Of a stretch of DNA of 39,271 bases, positions 1 through 7,753 are shown piece after piece. Location of the stretch: the NCBI GenBank assembly GCA_025923935.1, contig JAICFA010000003.1:1-39271 (forward strand), read 5' to 3'. Source of the DNA: Candidatus Krumholzibacteriia bacterium. GTDB lineage: Bacteria > Krumholzibacteriota > Krumholzibacteriia > WVZY01 > JAKEHA01. Positions within the stretch are counted from its first letter, which is position 1; each line of letters starts with the position of its first letter. The notes below the pieces were generated by a model that saw only the letters and a list, made by a program, of their open reading frames with translations, was not told where the DNA came from and made no database searches. The translations under genes were made by a program, and so were the position numbers.

Positions 1-209
1 GCCGGCCGGCCCGCGCGACCCCCCGTGGACCGCGTCTCTCGCCGCCGAATCCAGCCTTTGCGCTCCATACGTAGCAGATGTTGGCGTGCGCCTTCGTCGG
101 AAATGTGGCTATGGACGGCGAGCTCGGCGATGGTGGCCCCGCCGCGCTCGCGCATGTACAACAGCATGCCTCGGCAGGTATCGGACAGGGCCTCAATTGG
201 ACTACTCAA
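1..209 (-). CDS. HTH transcriptional regulator, SufR/COG2345 (ArsR-like) type; N-terminal part only, runs off the window edge
   Basis: Manual translation from TTG at 209, preceded by GGGAGG: MSSPIEALSDTCRGMLLYMRERGGATIAELAVHSHISDEGARQHLLRMERKGWIRRRETRSTGGRAGRP. The T-x-x-E-L-A...R-Q-H-L-x-x-(L/M)-E-x-x-G...G-R-P pattern is typical of SufR-like winged HTH proteins. Absent from the ORF track because it has no stop in the window. Confidence 0.85.
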   Translation of the reverse strand, partial: MSSPIEALSDTCRGMLLYMRERGGATIAELAVHSHISDEGARQHLLRMERKGWIRRRETRSTGGRAGRP

Positions 210-345
210 ACAGCCTCCCGGCGACCAGACGCCCTCGGGGATCGGGTCGCATTTCTGCACAGGGGTCGGGTACGGCCAAAAGCGTATGCCTTTCACCCAG
301 TAAAATCTAGGTCAATATTAGCGCCAAGCTAAATCGAGGCGCCGT

Positions 346-374
346 TTTCCGGGAGGGGAAAGCGGTTGTATACT
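346..374 (+). promoter_or_regulatory. putative sigma70 promoter of nadE (TTTCCG-N17-TATACT), very short leader
   Basis: TATACT at 369-374 lies 10 nt before the ATG at 385, with no SD in between. Confidence 0.45.
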
Positions 375-384
375 CCGTGCGAGC

Positions 385-2031
385 ATGCGCATTGCCCTGG
401 TCCAAACCAACCCCGTCGTCGGCGACATCGAAGGCAACCTCGGGCGCGTCCAGCGCGCCCTCGATCGCGCGCGCGCCTCGCACGCCGATCTGGCGGTCTT
501 TCACGAGCTGGTTCTCAGCGGATATCCGCCGCAGGACCTGCTCGAGCGCCGCGATTTCATCGGCGAGTGCGAGACGGCGCTCGCCCGGCTCGTCGAGTTT
601 TCGTCCCGGCTCGGCGGCATGGGTATCGTGGTCGGCGTTCCGCTCCCGGCGCGCGCCGCTGCCGGCAAGACGGTCGCGAATAGCGCCGTGCTCATCGCTG
701 GCGGCCGCATGCTCCATCGCCACGACAAGCTCTTGCTTCCCACCTACGACGTGTTCGACGAGGCGCGCCATTTCGCCCCGGGCGAAAGCGCACAGCCCGT
801 TTCGTTCGGCGGCGAGAGGTTGGGCATCTCGGTGTGCGAGGACGCCTGGAACGATCCCGACTTGTGCCGGCCGGCGCTCTACCGCGTCGATCCCATCGCC
901 ATGCTCGCAAAAAAGGGCGCGTCTCTCATGATCAACATTTCTGCGTCGCCGTTTTCCGCCGGAAAAGAAGCTTTCCGCGCCGAGCTGGTGAAGAGCCACG
1001 CGCGCCGGCACCGCGTGCCGTTCATCATGGTCAACCAGGTGGGCGGCAACGACGAGCTCGTGTTCGACGGCTGCAGTTTGTTTGCGGACGCGAACGGCGA
1101 GCTGCGCGCGACACTGCCCGCGTTCCAAGAAGCGATGGAGATGGTGGACACCGCGACGGGCGCAGCGGAGGTGGTGCGCGCCCCGCTGCCCGAGCTCGAG
1201 AGCATCCAGCATGCGCTGGTATTGGGGCTGCGCGACTATTTCGCCAAGTGCGGGTTCACTCGCGCGGTGGTGGGGCTTTCCGGTGGGATCGATTCGGCGT
1301 TGGTGTTGTGCCTCGCGGCCGAAGCACTCGGTGCGGACAACGTGCTCGCCGTCGCCATGCCGTCGCCGTTTTCGTCGCCGCACAGTTTGGAGGATGCACG
1401 CGCGCTCGCGCACAACCTGGGTGTGCGCATCGAGGTGGTTCCCATCGAGGAGGCCATGAGCGCCTACGATCGCACGCTGGCGGGATTGTTGGCGGGCCAG
1501 CCCCGCGACGTCACCGAAGAGAACATCCAGGCGCGCATTCGCGGCAACGTGTTGATGGCGATCTCGAACAAATTCGGCCACATGGTGTTGTCGACCGGCA
1601 ACAAGAGCGAGCTCGCGGTGGGCTACTGCACGTTGTACGGCGACATGAGCGGCGGCTTGGCGCTCATCTCCGACGTTCCCAAGACCGCCGTGTACGCGCT
1701 GGCGCGGCGCATCAACGCGGCGCGCGCGGTGATTCCCGAGCGCATCCTGACGCGCGCACCCTCCGCCGAATTACGGCCCGATCAGAAAGACACCGATACC
1801 CTGCCGGCGTACGACGTGCTGGATCCGATACTCGACGCCTACATCGAGGACCGCAAGTCCATCGACGAGATCGTGGCCCTCGGCTTCGAGCGCGCCACCG
1901 TGGAATGGGTGGTCGCGGCCGTGCACAAGAACGAGTACAAGCGCAAGCAAGCCGCACCCGGCATCAAGGTGACATCGAAGGCGTTCGGGGTGGGCCGGCG
2001 CTTCCCGGTCGCGGCGCGCATGCGCGTGTAG
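385..2031 (+). CDS. nadE: glutamine-dependent NAD+ synthetase
   Basis: N-terminal nitrilase/glutaminase domain with the E-K-C triad (HEL, HDKLLLP, VCED). Synthetase motifs GLSGGIDSA, ENIQARIRG, TGNKSE, GYCTLYGD, PSAELRPDQ, NEYKR. Confidence 0.97.
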   Translation: MRIALVQTNPVVGDIEGNLGRVQRALDRARASHADLAVFHELVLSGYPPQDLLERRDFIGECETALARLVEFSSRLGGMGIVVGVPLPARAAAGKTVANSAVLIAGGRMLHRHDKLLLPTYDVFDEARHFAPGESAQPVSFGGERLGISVCEDAWNDPDLCRPALYRVDPIAMLAKKGASLMINISASPFSAGKEAFRAELVKSHARRHRVPFIMVNQVGGNDELVFDGCSLFADANGELRATLPAFQEAMEMVDTATGAAEVVRAPLPELESIQHALVLGLRDYFAKCGFTRAVVGLSGGIDSALVLCLAAEALGADNVLAVAMPSPFSSPHSLEDARALAHNLGVRIEVVPIEEAMSAYDRTLAGLLAGQPRDVTEENIQARIRGNVLMAISNKFGHMVLSTGNKSELAVGYCTLYGDMSGGLALISDVPKTAVYALARRINAARAVIPERILTRAPSAELRPDQKDTDTLPAYDVLDPILDAYIEDRKSIDEIVALGFERATVEWVVAAVHKNEYKRKQAAPGIKVTSKAFGVGRRFPVAARMRV

Positions 2032-2034
2032 CGC

Positions 2035-2316
2035 ATGAGCGACCACGCGGCATTTCGTGCGTTGGTGAGCGGCCGCGTGCAAGGCGTGTTTTTTCGCGAC
2101 TCGACGCGGCGGCGCGCACAAGAGCTGCGACTCGCGGGCTGGGTGCGTAACTTGCCCGACGGTCGGGTGGAGGCGTATGCGGTCGGAACGCGCGACGCGT
2201 GCGAGGTACTGCTCGAGTTCTTGCGTACCGGTCCACCGCGTGCCAGCGTGACCCACGTCGACGTGAAATGGGAGTCTCCTGCGGCGCCGCTAGTGGGCGA
2301 GTTCGAGATTCGCTAG
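2035..2316 (+). CDS. acyP: acylphosphatase
   Basis: VSGRVQGVFFR and GWVRNLPDGRVE signatures; 93 aa. Confidence 0.95.
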   Translation: MSDHAAFRALVSGRVQGVFFRDSTRRRAQELRLAGWVRNLPDGRVEAYAVGTRDACEVLLEFLRTGPPRASVTHVDVKWESPAAPLVGEFEIR

Positions 2317-2714
2317 CCTTGAAAGGGCGCGATGGCGGAGATGAGATACTCGGGGAAGCGGCGCGCCCGCTTGCTTTCATCCATGCACGCATGGCGCGTG
2401 AATCCGGTCGCGATGATGTCGTTTCCGCGCCGCGCCACATAATCGAACGTAACCACACGGCTGCGAATTTCGCGCACGGTGGTTTCGACGGCGAGCACGT
2501 CGGCGTAGTCGGCGCCCAGCAGGAAGCGCGCGCCGTATTCGATGACGGGGAGGAGCACACCGCTTGCTTCCAGCTCTTTGTAAGGATGTCCGGCCTCGCG
2601 CAACAGCCCGGTGCGGCCGATTTCAAACCATAAGAGGTAGCTGGAATGATGGGCGACACCCATGCGGTCGGTTTCGGCATAACGAACCGATATCGTTTCC
2701 ATGTGCGTGCGCAT
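2313..2714 (-). CDS. acyl-CoA thioesterase, YbgC/FadM (4HBT hot-dog) family
   Basis: VRYAETDRMGVAHHSSYLLWFEIGR motif. Start trimmed to the ATG at 2714 (MRTHMETISV). Confidence 0.9.
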   Translation of the reverse strand: MRTHMETISVRYAETDRMGVAHHSSYLLWFEIGRTGLLREAGHPYKELEASGVLLPVIEYGARFLLGADYADVLAVETTVREIRSRVVTFDYVARRGNDIIATGFTRHACMDESKRARRFPEYLISAIAPFQG

Positions 2715-2720
2715 TACCGG

Positions 2721-2729
2721 ACCGTACCA
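2721..2729 (-). promoter_or_regulatory. extended -10 (TGGTACGGT) 6 nt upstream of the thioesterase ATG; probable leaderless promoter
   Basis: Minus strand reads ctggTACGGTccggtaATG, with no SD. Confidence 0.5.
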
Positions 2730-2738
2730 GAAAGCCGG

Positions 2739-2768
2739 TTTACAGCGCCAGGCCGGGTTGCATATAGT
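2739..2768 (+). promoter_or_regulatory. sigma70 promoter of pruA/rocA (TTTACA-N18-TATAGT)
   Basis: Near-consensus hexamers in the divergent intergenic region; GAGGAG SD downstream before the ATG at 2825. Confidence 0.6.
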
Positions 2769-2824
2769 AGAAGGCGCCGCATTTCGCCGAACCGATAACC
2801 ATCGTTTCACATCGAGGAGTTCCG

Positions 2825-4378
2825 ATGCCCACGCCATTCGTGAATGAGCCGCTGTCCAATTTCGGCGACCCCGCCGTGGCGGCGAAGATGCAGCACGCCA
2901 TCGACGAGGTGCGCGCCGAGCTCGGCCGCGATTACCCGCTGGTGATCGACGGCGAAAAGATAAAGACCAACGCCACCATCGCGTCACTCGACCCGTCCAA
3001 CCCGGGTGCGATCGTCGGCCGCGTCTCCGAAGGATCCCGCGAGCACGCCGAGCGCGCGATGAACGCCGCACTTGCGCGCTTCCAGACGTGGCAGCACGTC
3101 GCCCCTGAAGAGCGCGCGTCCTATTTGTTCAAAGCGGCGAAGACGATTCGCGACCGCAAGTTCTACTACGCGGCCATTCTGGTGTTCGAAGTGGGAAAGA
3201 GCTGGGCGGAAGCCGACGCCGACGTCGCCGAGACCATCGACTTTTTGGAATTCTACGGCCGCGAAGCGCTCCGTTACGCCTCCGAGCAGCCTGTCACCAA
3301 GATCGACGGCGAAGACAATGCGCTGGTGTACATCCCGCTGGGTGTGGGCGCGGTGATTCCGCCCTGGAATTTCCCGATGGCCATCATGGCGGGTATGACG
3401 ACCGCCGCCATTGTGACCGGCAACACGGTGGTGCTGAAACCGTCGAGCGATTCGCCGGTGATCGCGGCCAAATTCGTCGATCTGTTGCACGAAGTCGGTC
3501 TGCCGGGCGGTGTGGTGAATTTCGTCCCCGGTGGTGGCGGCGAAGTGGGTGGCTATCTGGTCTCGCATCCGAAAACTCGTTTCATCGCGTTCACCGGATC
3601 GAAAGAAGTCGGACTGCACATCAATCAGGAAGCTGCCACACCGCGCAAGGGACAGATCTGGATCAAGCGCGCGGTATTGGAAATGGGTGGCAAGGACTCC
3701 ATCGTCGTCGACGACGACGTCGATCTGGACGAAGCGGTCAAGGGCGTGGTCGCCTCCGCCTTCGGGTTCCAAGGGCAGAAGTGCTCGGCGTGCTCGCGTG
3801 CCATCGTGCACGATAAAGTCTACGACGCGTTCGTGTCGCGCTTGGTGCCGCTGGTGAACGCCATCAAGCAAGGCCCGCCCGCGGAATCGAAGGACAATTA
3901 CATGGGTCCGGTGGTGAACGAGAAAGCTGCCAACGACATTCTGGGTTACATCGAGACCGGAAAGGCGGAGGGCAAGCTCCTCGCCGGCGGCATGCGCGCG
4001 GCGGGCGAGGGTTATTTCATCCAGCCCACCGTCTTCGGCGACATTCCGCCCGACGCCACGATCTCGCAGGAGGAAATCTTCGGGCCGGTGCTGGCGCTCA
4101 TCCGTGCGAAGGACTTCGACGACGCGCTGAAAATCGCGAATAACACCGAGTTCGGATTGACGGGCGCGGTGTATTCCAACAATCGCGACCATCTGGAGCG
4201 CGCGCGCCGCGAGTTCCACGTCGGCAATTTGTACTTCAATCGCAAGTGCACCGGTGCCATGGTCGGTGTCCATCCCTTCGGGGGCTTCAACATGTCGGGC
4301 ACCGACAGCAAGGCGGGCGGACGGGACTACTTGTTGTTGTTCATGCAGGCCAAGGCGATGTCGGAAAAGATACGGTGA
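2825..4378 (+). CDS. pruA: L-glutamate gamma-semialdehyde (1-pyrroline-5-carboxylate) dehydrogenase, RocA/PruA type
   Basis: FVNEP start, IPPWNFP, FTGS, EMGGKD, FGFQGQKCSACSR, EEIFGP, NRKCTGAMVGVHPFGGFNMSGTDSKAGGRDYLL. Confidence 0.95.
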   Translation: MPTPFVNEPLSNFGDPAVAAKMQHAIDEVRAELGRDYPLVIDGEKIKTNATIASLDPSNPGAIVGRVSEGSREHAERAMNAALARFQTWQHVAPEERASYLFKAAKTIRDRKFYYAAILVFEVGKSWAEADADVAETIDFLEFYGREALRYASEQPVTKIDGEDNALVYIPLGVGAVIPPWNFPMAIMAGMTTAAIVTGNTVVLKPSSDSPVIAAKFVDLLHEVGLPGGVVNFVPGGGGEVGGYLVSHPKTRFIAFTGSKEVGLHINQEAATPRKGQIWIKRAVLEMGGKDSIVVDDDVDLDEAVKGVVASAFGFQGQKCSACSRAIVHDKVYDAFVSRLVPLVNAIKQGPPAESKDNYMGPVVNEKAANDILGYIETGKAEGKLLAGGMRAAGEGYFIQPTVFGDIPPDATISQEEIFGPVLALIRAKDFDDALKIANNTEFGLTGAVYSNNRDHLERARREFHVGNLYFNRKCTGAMVGVHPFGGFNMSGTDSKAGGRDYLLLFMQAKAMSEKIR

Positions 4379-5667
4379 CGAATGCCGTGACGCGCGGCAC
4401 GGCGTGGGCCGTGATGCTAGTGGTGGCCGCGGTGGCGCGGCTGGTCTTCGCCGGTGCCGTGGTGGGACTCGACGCACCGCTCAAGGGCGACGAAGCCGAC
4501 TATCACGCCATCGCGGTGAATGTGCTGCACGGGGACGGATTCGCGTCCGGTGATGGATTCGCCACCGCGCGCCGGCCTCCCGCATACCCCATATTTCTGG
4601 CGAGTGTGTACGCCGTCGCGGGAGAGAGTCCACGCGCGGGGCGGGTGGTGCAAGCACTCCTCGGTGTCGCGGTAGTGGCGCTAACCGGACTGGTGGCGCG
4701 GCGCTTCTTCGGTTCGACGGTCGCATTCTTGGCTGCCGCACTCGCGGCTCTCAATCCGTTTCTGATTTTCATTTCCGGCTACCTGCTCACCGAAAATCTC
4801 TATCTCTTGTGCTTGCTCGGCGCGCTTCTCGTCGCGCACGCCCCGCGGGGGTGGACGTCGTCGCGCACGCGCGCTGTGCTGGCCGGGATTCTGCTCGGTG
4901 TCGCGACCCTCGCGCGTCCCACTGGACTTCCCATGTTCGAGTGGATGGTGGCGATGGTGCTCTTGCTCGCGGAGTCTTCGTGGCGAATGCGCATCGCGCG
5001 CGCGGCATTGGCCGTGGCGGCATTCGCGCTCGTCTTGATGCCTTGGTACGCGCGCAATGCCTCGGTAGTTGGTGGCTGGGTGCTCACTACCCACGGCGGC
5101 ATCACCTTCCTGCAAGGCAACAACGAGCGGGTGGCGCAGGAGCCCGGTTGGCGCGGCGGCGCGGCTCCGTTGGACGTTCTCCCTCGTATCGACGAGCTCT
5201 CGAAGATGGACGAGCTCGCGCGCGACCGGCTTGCGTGGGAACTGGGCCGCACCTATTTGCGCACGCACCCAGGTGACGTGCCCAGGCTGGTGCTGTGGAA
5301 GATGGTGCGTTACTGGCGGCTCAAGAGTGACATGGGCCTGAGTGGAATTCGTAGCGGCTGGTGGTTCAACAAGGACTCGGCGCTGGGACGCTTCGCCGCC
5401 AATGTCGACGTGGGATTCGTGTACGCGGTGGTCGTGCTGCCGCTTTTCGTGTTAGGACTGGTGATCACGCGGCGGCGATGGCGCGAGCTTTCGTTATTGT
5501 ACGGCGTCCTCATCGTCCACACCGCGGTAGCAGCGGTTTTCTACGGCTCGCTGCGCTCGCGCATTCCCATCGAGCCCGTCATGTGCATGTTCGCCGCGTC
5601 GGCCGCCTTCGTGCTCGCGCGGCGCTTCACGAGGCCGCTGCGCGCCAGCCCGACGACGAACATGTAA
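4375..5667 (+). CDS. GT-C fold membrane glycosyltransferase (ArnT/PMT, GT39/GT83-like)
   Basis: GTG start overlaps the pruA stop (GTGA). DE motif after TM1 (GDEADY), RPPAYP, LLTENL, LARP, PWYARN, RSRIP; many TM segments. Confidence 0.85.
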   Translation: MTNAVTRGTAWAVMLVVAAVARLVFAGAVVGLDAPLKGDEADYHAIAVNVLHGDGFASGDGFATARRPPAYPIFLASVYAVAGESPRAGRVVQALLGVAVVALTGLVARRFFGSTVAFLAAALAALNPFLIFISGYLLTENLYLLCLLGALLVAHAPRGWTSSRTRAVLAGILLGVATLARPTGLPMFEWMVAMVLLLAESSWRMRIARAALAVAAFALVLMPWYARNASVVGGWVLTTHGGITFLQGNNERVAQEPGWRGGAAPLDVLPRIDELSKMDELARDRLAWELGRTYLRTHPGDVPRLVLWKMVRYWRLKSDMGLSGIRSGWWFNKDSALGRFAANVDVGFVYAVVVLPLFVLGLVITRRRWRELSLLYGVLIVHTAVAAVFYGSLRSRIPIEPVMCMFAASAAFVLARRFTRPLRASPTTNM

Positions 5668-6839
5668 GCGAGAAATACTTCGCTGTCGTCGATATTGTTT
5701 TCGGTGAGTGAGCCCGCCAGCACTGCCGCCGTCACCGCCAGCGCCCCCGCGGCATAGTGCCGCTCGAGCGATCCTTTCGCCGCCCGCCGTACCCGTCCGA
5801 TGAGCATAGCCACCAATGCCGCGAAATACGCCACCAGCGGAACGAAGCCCAGCAGTCCGCGCGTCGCCAACACGTGCAGGAACACGTTGTGCGAGTCGAC
5901 GGTGGTGCGCGCCGCGCGGCCCTGCAAGCGCAGTGCTGCTTCCGTCGAATAGTCGCCCATGCCCACGCCGAGGAGCGGGTGGTCGAGGAACATGTGCCAC
6001 GACATGTCCCACAACACTAGCCGCGTGCCGACGTTGCGGTCCGGCTCCGACGTCGCCATGGTGGTGACCGCAATGGTGCGCCCTTGGTCGCGCGCGTAGA
6101 ACAGCGTGAACGCAACTAGGATCGCGACGCCGAGGATCCCGGCCGCCGCCACGGTACGGCTGCGGAGCGTGACCGCGAGCACCGCGACGCCGGCGAACAG
6201 TGCCAGCCACGCGCCCCGCGTCATGGTGAACAACAATGCCGCAAACTCGGCGACGAGGATGACGACCAACAAGCGCCGTCCGCGTCCGATGCGCGACGTG
6301 GCTGCCATGGCCGCGTGCAACACGATCATTTGATAGAGCACGCCCGCGAAGGTGGTGGTGTACAGCGTTCCGCCCACGCGGTGCTCGGCGGCGATGCGTA
6401 TCGGGCCAAGCTCGATGCCGCCCGCGCGCTGCAAGAAGGCAAGACCGCACGCCAAGGCACTCGACGCGGCCAGCGTCCAAAAGGCGGCGTCGCGCACACG
6501 CACACGGGCAATGTGTCCGCCCACCAAAAAACACACCGCCAGCTGCCAGTACGATTTCCAATCCTTGAAGGCGCGCGCCGTGTCGTCCGACATGAGCACC
6601 GACGGGAGCGCGGAGAGCACGAGCACGAGGGATGCGAGCAAGAATCGGTCGCGCGTGGCGGTGTCGGACGCGTCGTTGCGTGGACTCCCGGCGAACTTCC
6701 ACAGCATCCACGCCAGCAATGCCAGGCCCAGCGACGCATTCACGCCGGCGATACCGAAGGGAATGAAAAAGGCGAGGCAAACGAAGGCGATCTGAAACAG
6801 ACGGTCGGAGAGGGCGGCCAGGCGCGGTGACACGCGCAT
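5541..6839 (-). CDS. O-antigen ligase family protein (WaaL/Wzy_C; possibly an O-oligosaccharyltransferase)
   Basis: Multi-TM; TMTRGAW, RLVLWDMSWHMFLDHPLLGVGMG, SHNVFLHVLATRGLLG. ATG at 6839, 2 nt after the upstream stop. Confidence 0.88.
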   Translation of the reverse strand: MRVSPRLAALSDRLFQIAFVCLAFFIPFGIAGVNASLGLALLAWMLWKFAGSPRNDASDTATRDRFLLASLVLVLSALPSVLMSDDTARAFKDWKSYWQLAVCFLVGGHIARVRVRDAAFWTLAASSALACGLAFLQRAGGIELGPIRIAAEHRVGGTLYTTTFAGVLYQMIVLHAAMAATSRIGRGRRLLVVILVAEFAALLFTMTRGAWLALFAGVAVLAVTLRSRTVAAAGILGVAILVAFTLFYARDQGRTIAVTTMATSEPDRNVGTRLVLWDMSWHMFLDHPLLGVGMGDYSTEAALRLQGRAARTTVDSHNVFLHVLATRGLLGFVPLVAYFAALVAMLIGRVRRAAKGSLERHYAAGALAVTAAVLAGSLTENNIDDSEVFLAYMFVVGLARSGLVKRRASTKAADAANMHMTGSMGMRERSEP

Positions 6840-6841
6840 GT

Positions 6842-7753
6842 CTAGATGCGAACGGCGAGCGAGACGCGGTGCGTATTGCCCAGCGCTTCGTCGTCGTCGA
6901 TGCTGGCGCCGTAGTGCAGCGAAAGCCGGTCGACTTTCACGCTCACGCCGAAGGAAGGAATGGTGCGCGGCTCGGTAGAGGATAGCCACGAGACGCCGCC
7001 GCGCAGTGCGACGTGCGAGAAGAAGTACTCGGTCTCGGCGCCCACCGACATGCGCGCCCAGTTGCCGTAGCTGCGCACGACGTCCGCCGCCAACGCCAAC
7101 GGTCCACTTTTCCGGGCGACACCGATAATGTACTCCGGCTCCTTCTTGTAGTCGTGGCCGTCGTCGAAGTTGTAACGCGAGAAGAGATCACGTCCCACTA
7201 GCGCCACCCGCCATTTTTGCGAGAGGGAAAGGGTGCCGCCAAAGTCGACGGAGGTCCCCCAGGCGTCGAAACCATCGACACCGCTGGACGACATGAACGC
7301 CGAGATCCCCAATCCGAACGATACCAACGGCTCGGGGGTGAACGCGTACGCGATCCGCAAATAATTTTCGCTGTAGGTCTCGTCGCCGGCGACGTCGGCG
7401 CTGAAGTTGGTCAGCATCGCACCCGCCGCGTGGGTGGCCGCACCGGTTTCCTGTCGCGATCGTGTCAGCGGCATCGCGTACACCAGCTGCGACTGTCCCG
7501 CCGAGACCCCTTCCATGAGCTGCAAGTACGACGCGCCCACCACGCGTCCCGCATGCGCAATTCCCGCCGGGTTCCAGTCGACCGCGCTTTCATCGTCCGC
7601 GACGGCGATGAAGGCACCGCCCATGCCCCACGCGCGCGCACCATACGCGGGCAGTTTGAAAGCGCCTCCCTGCGACGACTCCGCCGCGGCGCGGCCCGCC
7701 AGAGCAATCGCGAACGCGAGAACGACAGCGATGATGCGGATGCGCGGCGTCAT
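6842..7753 (-). CDS. PorV/PorQ-like (FadL superfamily) outer-membrane beta-barrel
   Basis: Signal peptide, then GARAWGMGGAFIAVADDESAVDWNPAG, amphipathic beta strands and C-terminal THRVSLAVRI. ATG at 7753 overlaps the upstream TGA. Confidence 0.8.
   Translation of the reverse strand: MTPRIRIIAVVLAFAIALAGRAAAESSQGGAFKLPAYGARAWGMGGAFIAVADDESAVDWNPAGIAHAGRVVGASYLQLMEGVSAGQSQLVYAMPLTRSRQETGAATHAAGAMLTNFSADVAGDETYSENYLRIAYAFTPEPLVSFGLGISAFMSSSGVDGFDAWGTSVDFGGTLSLSQKWRVALVGRDLFSRYNFDDGHDYKKEPEYIIGVARKSGPLALAADVVRSYGNWARMSVGAETEYFFSHVALRGGVSWLSSTEPRTIPSFGVSVKVDRLSLHYGASIDDDEALGNTHRVSLAVRI

Noticed and set aside
2313-2316. Shared CTAG stop overlap between acyP and the thioesterase
   Set aside because: A common 4-bp convergent overlap with no special meaning.
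307-4477. Long antisense ORFs 307..1581 and 2984..4477
   Set aside because: They lie opposite nadE and pruA and have no recognisable motifs; these are shadow ORFs typical of high-GC codon bias.
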